Made by a program: the position numbers and the translations under genes. The notes under the pieces were generated by a model that searched no databases, was not told the DNA's origin, and saw only the letters and a list, made by a program, of their open reading frames with translations. Of a DNA stretch of 64,000 nucleotides, positions 1-12,200 are shown piece after piece. Each line of letters begins with the position of its first letter. Within the stretch, counting starts at the first letter, position 1. Source of the DNA: Macrostomum lignano. Taxonomy: Eukaryota. The stretch covers positions 1-64,000 of the forward strand of contig NIVC01003205.1 in the NCBI GenBank assembly GCA_002269645.1, read 5' to 3'.

Positions 1-799
1 CGTAGGTTTTGATTTCTAAAACCGAACTTGCTTTTGGGTGGACGCTCACGTCTGGGAGACGCGGGTGGCCTTTAACGCTTCCGTTCGAACAAAGAGGTTA
101 AAGGAAGACTTCCAGGAAGGAGTGCTAGAATGTACAGGGTGCCGCGCCCATGGTGGCTCGACAAGGGCGGCCCTGCATCCTGTTGAGGGCTTCAAGAACC
201 CCTTTCACCTCCAAGGCACTGTTTCAAATGAAGCCAGCAAAGGAGCCAGACCTGCAGTGCTAATCCAGCACAGGCGACGGGGTGAAATGAGTTCAATTTC
301 ATTGCATTTTTATAACGGTTTTTCCGATTATTTGATCCCGGGCTTTTAGATCCTTCGGCTTAATCCAAATTTTTAATCCCGAGATTTAGCCAGATATTGC
401 GATTCCCACTGCTGCGCCGCTGCTATTCTAATGAATGGTAATTCATCTCGAACTGTTCCTTATGGAGTTTAGTGATGTTCTATTATTTTGAGTAGAATCA
501 AATAATTTTAGCTTATTTAAAAATAGTGAAGACTAATGCAACACTCTAAATTAAACTTTGCAAAATAATTGCTCTTTCTGCGATTAATTTTGAAAAGTTT
601 TTTTAGAAGCTATAAAACGTGAAAATTAAAAAATGCTCACAAAAGCTCAATTAGCTGCTAAATGGCTGCTCTGCTAATGCTAAAAAATTCAACAAATTAC
701 TTTTGATCAAAAGCGTTGTTTCAGAAAGGCTTCATAAATTTGTCACCCACGATTCATGCAGAATAACCGTGGTGTCAGAATCTTAGGAAAAGAATGATT

Positions 800-3200
800 T
801 CAAACTGCAGAGAACTGCTGCTTGCGTGCTCAAGCCTAGAAACCCTCCTCAGTCCTTGCAGCTGGCCCAGCCGAAGCGCTACTCTGAATTGGGCAACCCC
901 TGTAACTGCATCCCGTTCCACTCAATCCCTGTGCAGAGGCTGACTGGCTGTGGAGTCAAGTCCTGGCGGTGTCGTTCGTGCAAGTAGATGCTGTTCGTGG
1001 GCCTCGCCCTTCCTGCTTACTGGCCTCGGGCCATTGTAAACATCGGCTTCTTCAGTCGGGCCATTGTGTCTTAAGTATGGTTGGAAATCTTTTCATCGAT
1101 GTTGAAAATTAACCGAATCATCACTTCGTCACACGCATGATTGTCTATAATACTGCTGTGTCCGTAGAGCTAAGTAAAAGTACGTGATGCTGTTCCCTAT
1201 TTATAAAGTTCATTGGGCCGTGTGCTTAAAGTCTAGCAAACACTTAAATTTCTTAAAGCAAGTGGTCGCTGTTTTCTTGTGCTTCATTAGAGCCGTGCTC
1301 ATCCATGTCAGTTTGACCGTAAACTAGTTGTATTGTCACCCGAGAGGATTTGCACAGACAGTCCAGAGTTGAATTTAGTCAAGCTTCAGATTTCATTGAA
1401 GTAACACCGTATGCATTAAAGCTCTGAAGTACATGTCAGGCTCCAAAGCCGGACCTCCGATCCCTGGTTGAGGCCAGTTTGTAATTCTGGCTCTATCAAA
1501 GTTATTCAACTTTAACCATATGGTCTCGGGGACCAGCAGCTTGTTGGGTTTTAATTAACGATCAAATTGAGCAGCTGTTTGCGAAATAAGCAAGGGTGCT
1601 TAAGGATTGCGTTGGCTCAGGTTTTGATGGCGAGTTCGGGTTCCGATGGGTCCAGAAACTTTTGAGCTACCAGCTATCAGGTGTCCGCCGCTGTATTCAT
1701 TTGAATGGTAATCAACGCATATATGCCTGCTTTTGCTCTCAATGAACGCCCTGATTCCATTTGGCGTGCGAGGTGGGACTTCTGTGTTCAGCTTCTGGAT
1801 AGCAGACTTTAGACTAAGCTTTTTAATTTGTGTTCTGGCTCTGACCGTCTGAGAATGAGTTGCAGTGTGGGTAATAGCAAGTCTAATTAATAATTCTGTA
1901 GCTTTAATAGTAACAGTAGATTTCTTTGCTATGCTATGTTTTGCTATGAAAGTTTGGAACGTTGAATAGTACATGTGGATAAGGAACTTGGGTAAACTGT
2001 TTCGAACTTGGATGAATTTAACTTCGTATGAACAGATAAAGTAAGCACGCTTATCACTCACAATGTCACTCATTTGGTTTGACAAATTCTTGCGCTTGCT
2101 ACGCTTTGCGCTTTACAAGAGAGACCAGCAGATCGAAGAGAAACAGAGACACTACGGTGCACACGAAATCTGCTGGAAAAATTCTTGCGCGTCCGTCACC
2201 ACACAATCTGCTTTACAAGAGATCAACAGATCGAAAAAACGAAGAGGCACTGGGGAACACGCAAAATGCCCAGCACCATCCCGTTCAACCCGAATTCCCA
2301 AATCCTTTTTGCCTTTCCAGCTGCCCTTTGCACGCCTGCTTCCAATTATGGGCTGTCGGGAGAAGCAAGAAGAAGGAATCAGTGCTTTCAATTCTTTTTC
2401 CCTAGACTTCACTTATGTGGCATGCCCGCTCCCAATGCCCATTACTGTAGTCCTGAAGACCAAGGACCGATGCGCAGGGCAAGCGTCGGCATATTTCAGA
2501 AACTATCAGATTTAGTGGCATGCTTGTATATTCTATTGACACAGGGGCAAATGGCATTCCTTGGTCTCAGTTTACTTATTATTGTGTACTTATACAGGTA
2601 ATACGGCAGATTCGTTTCACCTCGCCGTGGCACCTGAATTCCTGTTTAAAGATAAAGTGACTTTATAACTCCTGTTGTTCAAACAGTAATTGCTCTGGCT
2701 ATGTGTACACCAGCTACTTACTAATCAAAGTGGTAATGCCACCCTGGCTGTTTGACCTTTGATTGTAAAAAGCCGGCAACTCTTTACGACCTCTATATCC
2801 CTGGTACGTGGTAGATTCTCGTAGGATGCATCGGCACTGAAGACTTTTATGGCCCATTCTTGTTAGACTTTAGTAACAGTTTCACAGGAGCACACAACGC
2901 TAGCTGCTTCCTTTTGCAGTTACCTTTGCATGCGCACTTTCCTAGCTAGCCGTATAACACAATGCTTTATTTGAACTGGGTCATCGGTTTGGAGCATTGG
3001 GGTGAAAAAGATCAATGACCGTGTGCTTTAGCGACTTCTTTCTCAAAACTGATGAAACTGCATGGCAAACTCCTAGAATTTTGTCTCATTCAAGCTTGGA
3101 AGTTTGTCTAACTTATTCATCACACAAAGCATCCCACCAAACTTGGTCTGTGAATTCATTTTCGCAGTTTCTTGTTTTGGGATTTTAGCATCAGAACAGT
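800..3200 (-). mobile_element. Possible heavily decayed non-LTR (LINE) retrotransposon remnant
   Basis: Minus-strand peptide scraps lie in the order expected for a LINE: endonuclease-like LCVMNKLDKL near 3100-3130, an RT-like TGLNQGSEV / LSGDNTT pair near 1330-1490, and 3'-end-like scraps near 950-1150. Many stops and frameshifts; the resemblance is weak. Confidence 0.25.
2084..2270. repeat. Diverged tandem duplication, ~95-bp period, 2 copies
   Basis: aaattcttgcgc...gctttacaagaga..cagcagatcgaa...cac..gg..acacg recurs at 2084 and 2179. Confidence 0.6.
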
Positions 3201-3451
3201 CGGCCAGAGATGGCTCTCTCATAGTTGATTGGCTGAGGCTAAAATACAGGGAATACTGAAAGCCATGCACCAAGAGCTTGCCCCATTGGACCTCAGGCGA
3301 TAGCTTCTGTGCATTAGATGGTATACCGCATACAGTCGGACCTGCCCCGCCTACTAGCAGCTGAGAGATCCTAAATCAACTGGATCGAAACGCCCAAGGC
3401 AAAGTAATCTGTCGGCACTTTTGGCCCTTGACTCTTCAGCTCTATCACTGC

Positions 3452-6400
3452 ATGAAAGGTGCATTCTTTAACGACTCATCTGAAGGAGCCAACGCTACTG
3501 GCAATGGCACCGAGGACGATTGCGCTAAAAGCTTACGTCTCTTCACTGACAGCGAGCGCCGCTTCATTCTTGTCACTGACGTTGGTCTATCCTCCGCAAT
3601 CTGCTTGCTTGGCCTGCTTCTCAATTCACTGTCTATTGTCGTGCTCAAGCGAGATGTGCGCCGATCATCAATGAGTATTCTACTCCTGGCTCTTGCAATC
3701 TGTGAGCTTTTTATTTCCTTTTTGTTAGTACAAAAAATACAGGGTGCAAACGATGGGATTACCTTTTCGGGTCTAGAAAGGCACCTCCGCACAATCTTTT
3801 TCTTCCCAAGACTAACAGTATTTCAGGTTTCGACTTAGCGTCGTGGCTTGAACGTTCAGATTTTTTACTAACTCAGATTATTAACCCCAGAAATATGCCA
3901 CTCCCAAAAATCGCCACCTTTACATAAATTCCTCATTTCTCTAGAAAACAGAGCCTTTCGCGAATTTCAGGAGCTCTGAGCTCATTTCTAACTGACTGGT
4001 GGCTGCTTCCCCACCTAATCCCCTTCTATTTAGCTTTATGCTATTCGAGATACTATTTCTTTTTTTCACTAGATTTACCAGCATAGATATGCATCCTAAT
4101 TTGATGCATATTTTATCAACCCGAGAATGGACGTCGTGTTGCTTTTATCAAAATGCTTTTAGTGAACTTCTTGTAGTGCAAGATAAGAAATGTGACGTGA
4201 GGAACAATATGTATAAGGATTCTTTAGTGCAAGAAAGGATTTAGCGTGAAAGAAAATCTCCCGTTTACAGCAAAAGAAGCTCGATCGCCAGAGCCAAGGC
4301 TTAGTTAAACTGAGACGTTTCACTTCGGATTGACGCGTTTGCTCACGGCCCGATCTCAACTCTCGCACTCGTCTTTTGAAAAGTTGTTCATCTTGATTTT
4401 TGAGCTCGCTATCGGTACTTCTTTAAATCCCGATCGCCCCCTGGAGCGCGCACTGGCTGAGTGTTTCCAGCTCGTACCAAGAGTGAGTGGCCGACTGTGA
4501 GGCCAGTGGAGGAGGGGGGGGAGAAAAAAGTTAGCAAAGTGAGCCAGGGAGCAAGAAGCTTTTTCTCTTTTCGCTTTGCCTGATTGAGCATACAAACCCC
4601 CGGTTAATATCGCAACTTGCGTTCGGCTTGATTAGCCAGGAGATTCGCCGGCGAGAGCCCTTTTGCTCCTTTGCTCTGATGCAGCTTAATCATCCTTTCG
4701 TTTCTCTTGACTGGCATCCCGAGAGACTGTTTATCAGAAGAAAATTCCAACTTGAGTCATTTTTAGACCCCTGGGAGGGAACGCGCTTGCAGCTACGAGT
4801 AACTCACGAGCAACTCAAGGCTCCTGCTGAGTATGTACGAGCTATATTGTATATATTAACCAGTGATTAAGAACAGTTTGACTTTTCCCTGTATTTAAGC
4901 TTGGCACACTTTCGACTTTTGCCAGTCGAAATTTGCTTATAAAAAAATAATCTAGTCATTTATAACGAAATCGTTTAAACAAGAGTTCTTTTTGTTCGGT
5001 GCATACGCTCGTATGTATACGAGACCCAACAAAGTACTGACATTTTCAGTCCTGTTGTATAACTGATTTCAGGGGACGTTTCGATTTCGCTTTTCGTTAA
5101 TTTCAGCAGAAATTAATTAATTCTTCGATCTACCAATGCAATGCATGACGTTTGCAGTGGGCTGTGATTCCAAAGGGTCAGGGTCGCCACTGAGTTGTCA
5201 GCCGGCAACTTGGCTACTGTTGCCTAAGCACCATATTGAAGTCCATTTTGATCAATGCATGATTAGTTCTGATCAGCGTGTACGAGTACAGAAAACCAAT
5301 TCTAGCTGGGTTGGGCCTCTGGAACTCATCATCCGGTACAGAGTTTGATGCACCGGGATGCAAATGATACACTTGTTCAATACACTCTTTGTCCTAATTT
5401 TGTTCTTATTTATAAAAAATTGCAGCCTTCCTTCACTGTAGCTGAACTTGAAGCACACATGCGGGATACATTAAGTCTCTGTTTCTTCTCTGTAACAGCT
5501 GTAATAAAAAATCTTAAGTGGACCCAGGCGCTGTCAATCAACGAAGTTAGTAGTATGCTATGCTATTGGATATTCTATTGGATATGTGGGAAAAGTTTTA
5601 CTTCAAACTTTCCCTCTTCAAATTGTCCCCTGTTTTATTTCGAGCGTAATGATTAAAATACGCTTTTACCCGCGTAAGAACGGTCGTTAACGAAACACTG
5701 TACCTGAATCTGTCACAATTCAGTGGCAAGACATTCTACCGACACCCAACCAACTGATTTTCTTCATTGCAGTCGATTTGACCTTCATCTTACTGTCGGC
5801 GCCCTACTTCGTTGTGTACATGGGCCTGGGCTCCATCATCCAGGACTCAAATGGCGTAACTCTGCAGACATGGCTCCATGCCAGTCCCGGCATTCAGTTA
5901 ATCCTGCCAGCTGTTTATTATCTGGGCAATGTTGCACGAACAGGTCGGAACTGGATTGTCCTGCTGGTGGCACTGGATCGCTATATGGTTGTGCAGAACC
6001 CGTTCTTATCCACGCAGCGCAGCAATCCGAAGCGGTCAAGGCTTTACTGCATATGCGTCACGATTACGGCCATGTTTTACAACTTCCCGCTATTCCTGGA
6101 GTATAAATCCGATACGATAAAGTGCTTAAATATCAGCTTGATTTTGGCGCGCCCGAAAAGTCTGGGTAGTGCGTACATGCTTATATATAAGAAATTGCTG
6201 TACATTCTCCTGCTTACAGTTGGGCCTATGTTATGCCTGACGGCCCTTAACATTCTTTTGATTCGAAGTTTGCTGGTGGCCTCGCGAATCCGCGCCGCCA
6301 TTACTCGGGAGACCACGCGGCGCACTGAGGAGACCAAAATGCTGGTCGTCATTATTGCCGTGTTCGTGCTTACCGAGATACCTGGCACCATCTGGCACAT

Positions 6401-6881
6401 GCTCCTGGGCACAAAATTCGACAAGAGCGCATGGTTCAACTCATACTTGTACTCGGTTGGCTCGCTACTGACACTATTCAATTCCGCTATCAACTTTTTC
6501 ATTTACTGCGTTTGGAGTCGCAACTTTCGGCGCAACATGCTCTACGCCATGCGCCGGCGAAAGAAGCCACCGGCCCGGGTGATTCGCTTTGACTCCGACT
6601 CAGACCGCACCCGGCAGCTCTTGCTACAGCAGCAGCAGCAGCAGCTGCTGTGTGTTCGGCAGCCACCGGGTCCCGAGCAGCAGCGACATCAACAGCGCGC
6701 GGAGTCCCTTCCTATGCAAGTTATGCGCGCTTCACCGTTGAACAGTGCAGGCGGTGTCGCTGATGGCTGCGGTGTTGCTGGAGGCTCTGTTGATGAAAAC
6801 TGTGACAGTAGAAGTGACAGCAGTGACCGCAATCACAATTTGCAGCAGCAGCGCGTGCAAATCAATCCCCTGCGTGTGTAA
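3452..6881 (+). CDS. Class A (rhodopsin-like) neuropeptide GPCR, FMRFamide-receptor-like, 2 exons, ~452 aa
   Basis: Exon 1 3452-3701 (ATG, N-glycosylation sequons NDS/NAT/NGT, TM1 GLLLNSLSIVVL); phase-1 donor T|GTGAGC. Exon 2 5773-6881 follows ttgcag. Splicing restores the TM2 motif LALAIFD. TM3 ALDRY, TM7 NSAINFFIY, Q-rich C-tail. Confidence 0.9.
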
Positions 6882-7751
6882 GAGATGCCCGCTGAATGCA
6901 AGGTACAATGTACCATTTTATCTATTGGAAAAAATATTTTTGAGATTTCTATATTGGCACAACAACTCTCATACTAGGTGGACGTGGTAGTCTGCACTGC
7001 AAATAAACTATAGCTTATAGTTATATTCAGCTTCCCCAAACACTAGCATTCTCTGCAGAGCCTGCAGGTTCTTGCAATAACTATGCCTAGATACCTCAGC
7101 TACCATGCATTTTGCGCGGTATAAAATCTAAAAGCCCGCCACTTGGAGTCTTCTCGCAGACAGATTCAGTTAAAATTCAATATCAAGTTTGCACTGGCTA
7201 TACACTTCGGGGAAAATATGGAACTGTAACATGCTGATTCATTGTTGCATATGCTTGCGTAATTACTTTGGTAACTATGTGTTTGCATTTGATTTTTACT
7301 TATGAATTCAAATATACAGTAGGCTATTAAGTGTGCTTCATGCTGTTGAGACTGTGTGTTTGAATTTTGCACTGAAAGATTCTGCGTTGAAGATGTCTGT
7401 GGTTGGATAGCAAAACAATTTAGTGGCTTTGTTTTGAGCGAACGGCAGAGCATCGCATTTCAGTGTAAATAAGTCCCAGAACTTTGTATTTTTCATCATA
7501 ATACATGAACACAAGAGTTTTTTTCCAGAACGAACTCTAGCCATATTGCCTTGTACAAGCTGGCGCAGGGGGGTCGCCCAAATCCCCACTCCTGTGGCTT
7601 CCCAAGCTAACGAATCGGCATAGCATGGGTCGAAGGGTTGCCTGCCTCGGTGCTCTGTGCCGGCAAGCAGGACTGAAAAGCAGGAAAGGGGCTGCTGCAG
7701 AACAGGACTAATTGCTGCAGCCGGTTTCATGCTCGAGTGACTTTACCAAAG

Positions 7752-7835
7752 CTTAAACTTTGGTAACTTACACTTAAACTTAAACTTAACTTAAACTAAC
7801 TTAAGGTAACTTAACTTAAGGTAACTTAAACTTAC
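7752..7835. repeat. Degenerate (TAAACT/TAACT)n simple repeat
   Basis: cttaaactt/taactta units visible directly; could be a retroelement tail. Confidence 0.6.
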
Positions 7836-8227
7836 AGTGATTGCCTTATCCCCTTAAACCACTGTTAACCGTCTTCGATCGCAAGAATTTTCAATCCAAC
7901 GAATCCAATACATGCCACTGCATGAAAGTGAAAGGCTTGTGCGACTGTCTTACTGAAAAATTGGATGGCCGTACAAATAACTGATGGCGTTTTATGTATC
8001 TTTGTCTTAAAAATGTATAAACGCGCTATTAAAATTAAATACTTAAAACCAGATAGAAAGCCGTAAGCATGTGATATGACTATAAATTGTATATGAAGTA
8101 AATTAAATTAAACAACTTTAAAAATAAGACCAAATTCGTGTGATCACACCATTTGTACTTCCACTTTCATTCGTTTTTGCACATTAGTAGTGTGAGTTGA
8201 TTCCTCATTCGGTGGCAGTGTGAATGA

Positions 8228-8520
8228 GCCTTTGGGTACACGAGCTATAGCCCTTCAAAATAAGCAGAAATGCCCCAAATGGCTTTTGGGTACACGAGCT
8301 ATAGCCCTTCAAAATAAGCAGAAATGCCCCAAATGGCTTTTGGGTACACGAGCTATAGCCCTTCAAAATAAACAGAAATGCTCTAAATGGCTTTTGGGTA
8401 CACGAGCTATAGCCCTTCAAAATAAGCAGAAATGCTCTAAATTGCTTTTGGGTACACGAGCTATACCCCTTCAAAAATGCCCCAAATGGCTTTTGGGTAC
8501 AGGAGTTCTAGCCCTTTAAA
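8228..8520. repeat. Minisatellite, 54-bp unit, ~5 copies
   Basis: gggtacacgagctatagcccttcaaaataagcagaaatgccccaaatggctttt at 8234, 8288, 8342, 8396, and a deleted copy at 8450. Confidence 0.95.
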
Positions 8521-8880
8521 ATAGAGATAAATAAGCTTTGTACAACTACAACAACAAAAATAAGGTCTATTTCGCCTGTACACAGTGTTTGAGTGCGGTT
8601 TTCAACCGGTGATATCTAAATTTTTCGGTATTCAACTTGTAGGATATGTCGGGAACACAATAGACTTCTAAAAATAGCCCTACAACAATGCAGTTTTCAA
8701 AAAATACTGCATTGGATAGCATAACTACCAGTGCCATAGACGTCCGCATGCTCAAACTTTTGTGGGATAATTAAAAAAACTTCATCTTGTCAAGCTTGAT
8801 GAAGTACGTAATATTGTATGGATTAAAAATTATGGACCATTAAGTTCTATGTTTTAGCAAAAAAGCAAACCCCCCCCCCA

Positions 8881-9060
8881 ATGTCTAATCCATCCGTACC
8901 GGCTGCAGAAGAGCTTGCTGCCGATCAGATCTTTATCGATTTCGAAATCGATAGCGAGTGGAAAAAGTGCATCTACAGTGACTGCAGCAGAGCGGGACCA
9001 CAGCGGTCTCGAAATAACTCTTCCACCGCCCTACCGGCGAGCTCAAGTCCTGTTCCAGTG
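8881..9060 (+). CDS. Possible upstream coding exon of the SUMO-like/P450 gene (join unresolved)
   Basis: ATG at 8881, open frame MSNPSVPAAEELAADQIFIDFEIDSEWKKC..., donor GTG|GTGAGG at 9061. This donor is phase 0, whereas exon 9239 needs phase 1 in its protein-like frame. Confidence 0.3.
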
Positions 9061-9238
9061 GTGAGGCTTTTTAAAATCTCCTGAAAATACACAACTCACG
9101 CCCACTGTAGGCCTAAAATGAGACTGCGAATAGTAAAGCCATTTAAATATAGTGTTCAAGAATCAAGAACTACTCCTAACTACTACTAGAGCTTACTAGT
9201 CTCGCCCAGTGCCAGTGGTTTAGATTGCTTCTAACCAG

Positions 9239-12200
9239 AGAAATACCCCTTACGGCCACAGCCAGAGCCGGGCTTCCTGCACGGCTGCCAGAAGACTTTG
9301 CGACAGTCCTTTGAGGCCACGAGCCTTCGTCGGGATGCTCACAGTGTCACCCTCTGGCTGTGCGTCAGGAAGCACAATTACGAGAACTACTTGTGGCAGT
9401 TTGTGCGCCTTGGCCGGTTCCACGGGAGCGAAGCGTACTCAAACTTGTCGCTGTGGACTGTTCAGCTGCGAGTTCGAATGCACCGACGAGTTCCCTTTGG
9501 TTGTCTTCTGCGAGGTCTTTGCTGCCGCTTCGGGCTCGGCTCGACAAGTGAGGCTCTTAAACTGTGTTTGGACGGCTTCTACGGCATGCCTGGCTTTGGC
9601 GACATTTTTGGAAACCATAGTGACGGTAAGCTGTGAGCCATGGCATATTATTTAACTTACTTTAAATTATATTATACTGAAGTAGTATATTAAAGTTCAT
9701 TTTTTACTTCACTACTTGTCGCACAAATTGAGTCACATCACATATTTACACGTTAGTGAAGGGGAGGCAAAGACAAGACAAACCGAGTGTGGCGATGGCA
9801 AGGCAGCGAAAAGCCAGAGGATGCAACCCTCAGACGATCGTATTTATTTCATGACTTGTTAAAACGAATTAAACTGATTAAAAATTATAAATAGCGAGGA
9901 AAAAAAATTCAACCGCGAGCAACCCCGCGCAGCCACAAAGGTGGCGGCCTAAATAGGCACGCGCACGCACCAACGCACCCACCACCCCACCAGACAGCCA
10001 GCACCCAAACAGCCCCCCTTGCACTAACAGCGGTTAGCCCTCGCGGGCTCGCGCAAACCGATGCATTAGTGAAGGGGAGGCAAAGACAAGACAAACCGAG
10101 TGTGGCGATGGCGAGGCAGCGAAAAGCCAGAGGATGCAACCCCAAGGCCAAACAAACAAATGAATGAACGAAGGAGAGAATTTACGAAACGGCGGAAATA
10201 AGGCTGGGGATAAGAACGGAAATAAAACTTTGAACACAAGCAAAAGTTACTCAAAGGCAACTCTCGTTAAAAGCACCAGCAAAACGCGAACCAGCCCGCA
10301 CAGAATCAGCAGATGGAAGGTAGGCAGTCACAGCATCACTTCGCCAGTCACCGATGCACTTCACCTCCTGAACAGATAGTCCGAGACGGTAGGCCCAGGT
10401 GGCACCACCTCTGCGCAGGCTGTGCGCTGAGAAAGAACGAGCGTCCTGCTCAGCAGTTGCTAGGCAGCGCTTGAGGAACCTGTCGAATCTTGAGGCAGAC
10501 AGGACAACAGAGGATCCGCTCGCCAACTGGTAGGAGAACACAGGCTGCCTGCAGCCAAGCTTGCTGACACGGAGGTGACCCTCTAGCGCAGCCACTGGGC
10601 AAAGCGGATGTCCTTCTTTTAGCCTTGGAAGCAACACCCGGTGCAGCTTCGCGCCGAACTGATTCGTCTTGCCATAACTGACAGAGAGCACAACCCCCTT
10701 CGGGTGGCGTTGAAAGGCTGAGACGGAAATCGGTGAAGCGGACTGCTGACTGGGCAGGAGACTGGAGCGCCGAAACATCCCCCACCAAGCAATAAGCGTC
10801 ACAAGCCAGCAGACTCTGTCAAGCGAACTGCTCGAGTTAAGCCGGTTTTTCACAGACAGCAGCATCGCAGGCGAGATCGGCAGCTTCCGTCTTGGTCGCT
10901 GGCCCATCCTCCGTTTAGCGCCGCGAACGAGCAGTGAGACCAGGTGGTGTTTTGTTAGGTCCTCAGCACCACAGGCTTTGAACCAGCTGGACAGTGCACT
11001 GACATGGACACGCAGACTGTTGAACGATCTCAGGCGGCATTCGACCAGGTGAGCCAGGTAGTTGAGTAGCACCGACCGGTCGGATCGAGCCGGGTTGGTC
11101 CCGTTCTCGTTGCAGAAGCTGTGCCAGGACCGGACGGCCGATGAGATCGCCCTGCGTGACTGCGGTGCGTATGCTGCGGCGAGGAGGCTGGAGGCGGCGG
11201 CGCCGAGGGTCGGCGTTGCAGGGAGGCGGCCTGTGAAAATAAAAAACGGGAGGCAAAAACAGAAAACGCGTGATCCGAAAACTCCACAGGGCAAACTGGT
11301 ACAGACCCGTAAACACGGAAAATAAAATTAAGCAACTCATGACGCGAGTGCAGGCGGGACCCTGCATCAGCAAACAGCTGATAAGCACCAGGAACGTGAA
11401 AGACCTCAAATTCAACGTCAAAACGCAGACAGAGCAACGCCACAGACTGCAGCAACCACATCAGACGCGAGTCCTTGGAGACACCTCGCCTTAGAATCCA
11501 ACACGCCGTCTCATTGTCGCAGTACACAGCAAGCCGACAACCAGCCAAGGATTGGCCCCATCTCAAAACAGCCAGCAATATAACCACAGCCTCCTTGTAA
11601 TTGATGCAGTAATTCTGAAAAACACCATTTGCGTCGATCTGCCAGTCAATAAAGCACCAATCACGAATCCCATCACCGTCACGGAGCACCGCCGCGGCGC
11701 CTGAAGACGACGAGTCAGTCTCTATGGCAACACAAGCCCTCGGCGAAGTCCACAGGCCAACACCGATGCGATGCTGCAAAGCCAACCGCCACCAGGAGAG
11801 GTGGTGCACCACGGAGGGACTAACAAGAACCCTGTCATGAGGCCGATGCAGCTTGTTAACAATGTCGATAAGAGGTCGGAGGAAAACTCTCCCGTGCCGA
11901 ACAACTTGCGACGCCCAGTTTAACTTGCCGATCAACTTCTGCAAACACGACTTTGACAGCCTTTTCTTCGAAGAGCAGAGGGATAAAACATGCAATAAGT
12001 CTTGGACTTTTTCGGCAGGAAGAGACATCTGGCCTGCCACGCTATCAAATAAAATGCCCAGAAAGGTCATCCGCGTTGTCGGCGGAACACACTTGCTACG
12101 GTTAACGGTGAAGCCTAGCCGCTCGAGCAGATCGATGAGATGGTTGTAGAACTTCCAGCAGGACTCCAGATCTCCACAAAAGGCGAAGTCATCCATGTAG

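Noticed and set aside
38-349. 103-aa ORF at the window start
   Set aside because: GTG start, no motifs, no splice support.
3702-3838. GPCR exon 1 continuing to the 3838 stop
   Set aside because: Similarity ends at the GTGAGC donor, and splicing restores the TM2 LAxxD motif.
8205-8519. ORFs across the 54-bp repeat
   Set aside because: They are open only because the unit is a stop-free multiple of three; no coding context.
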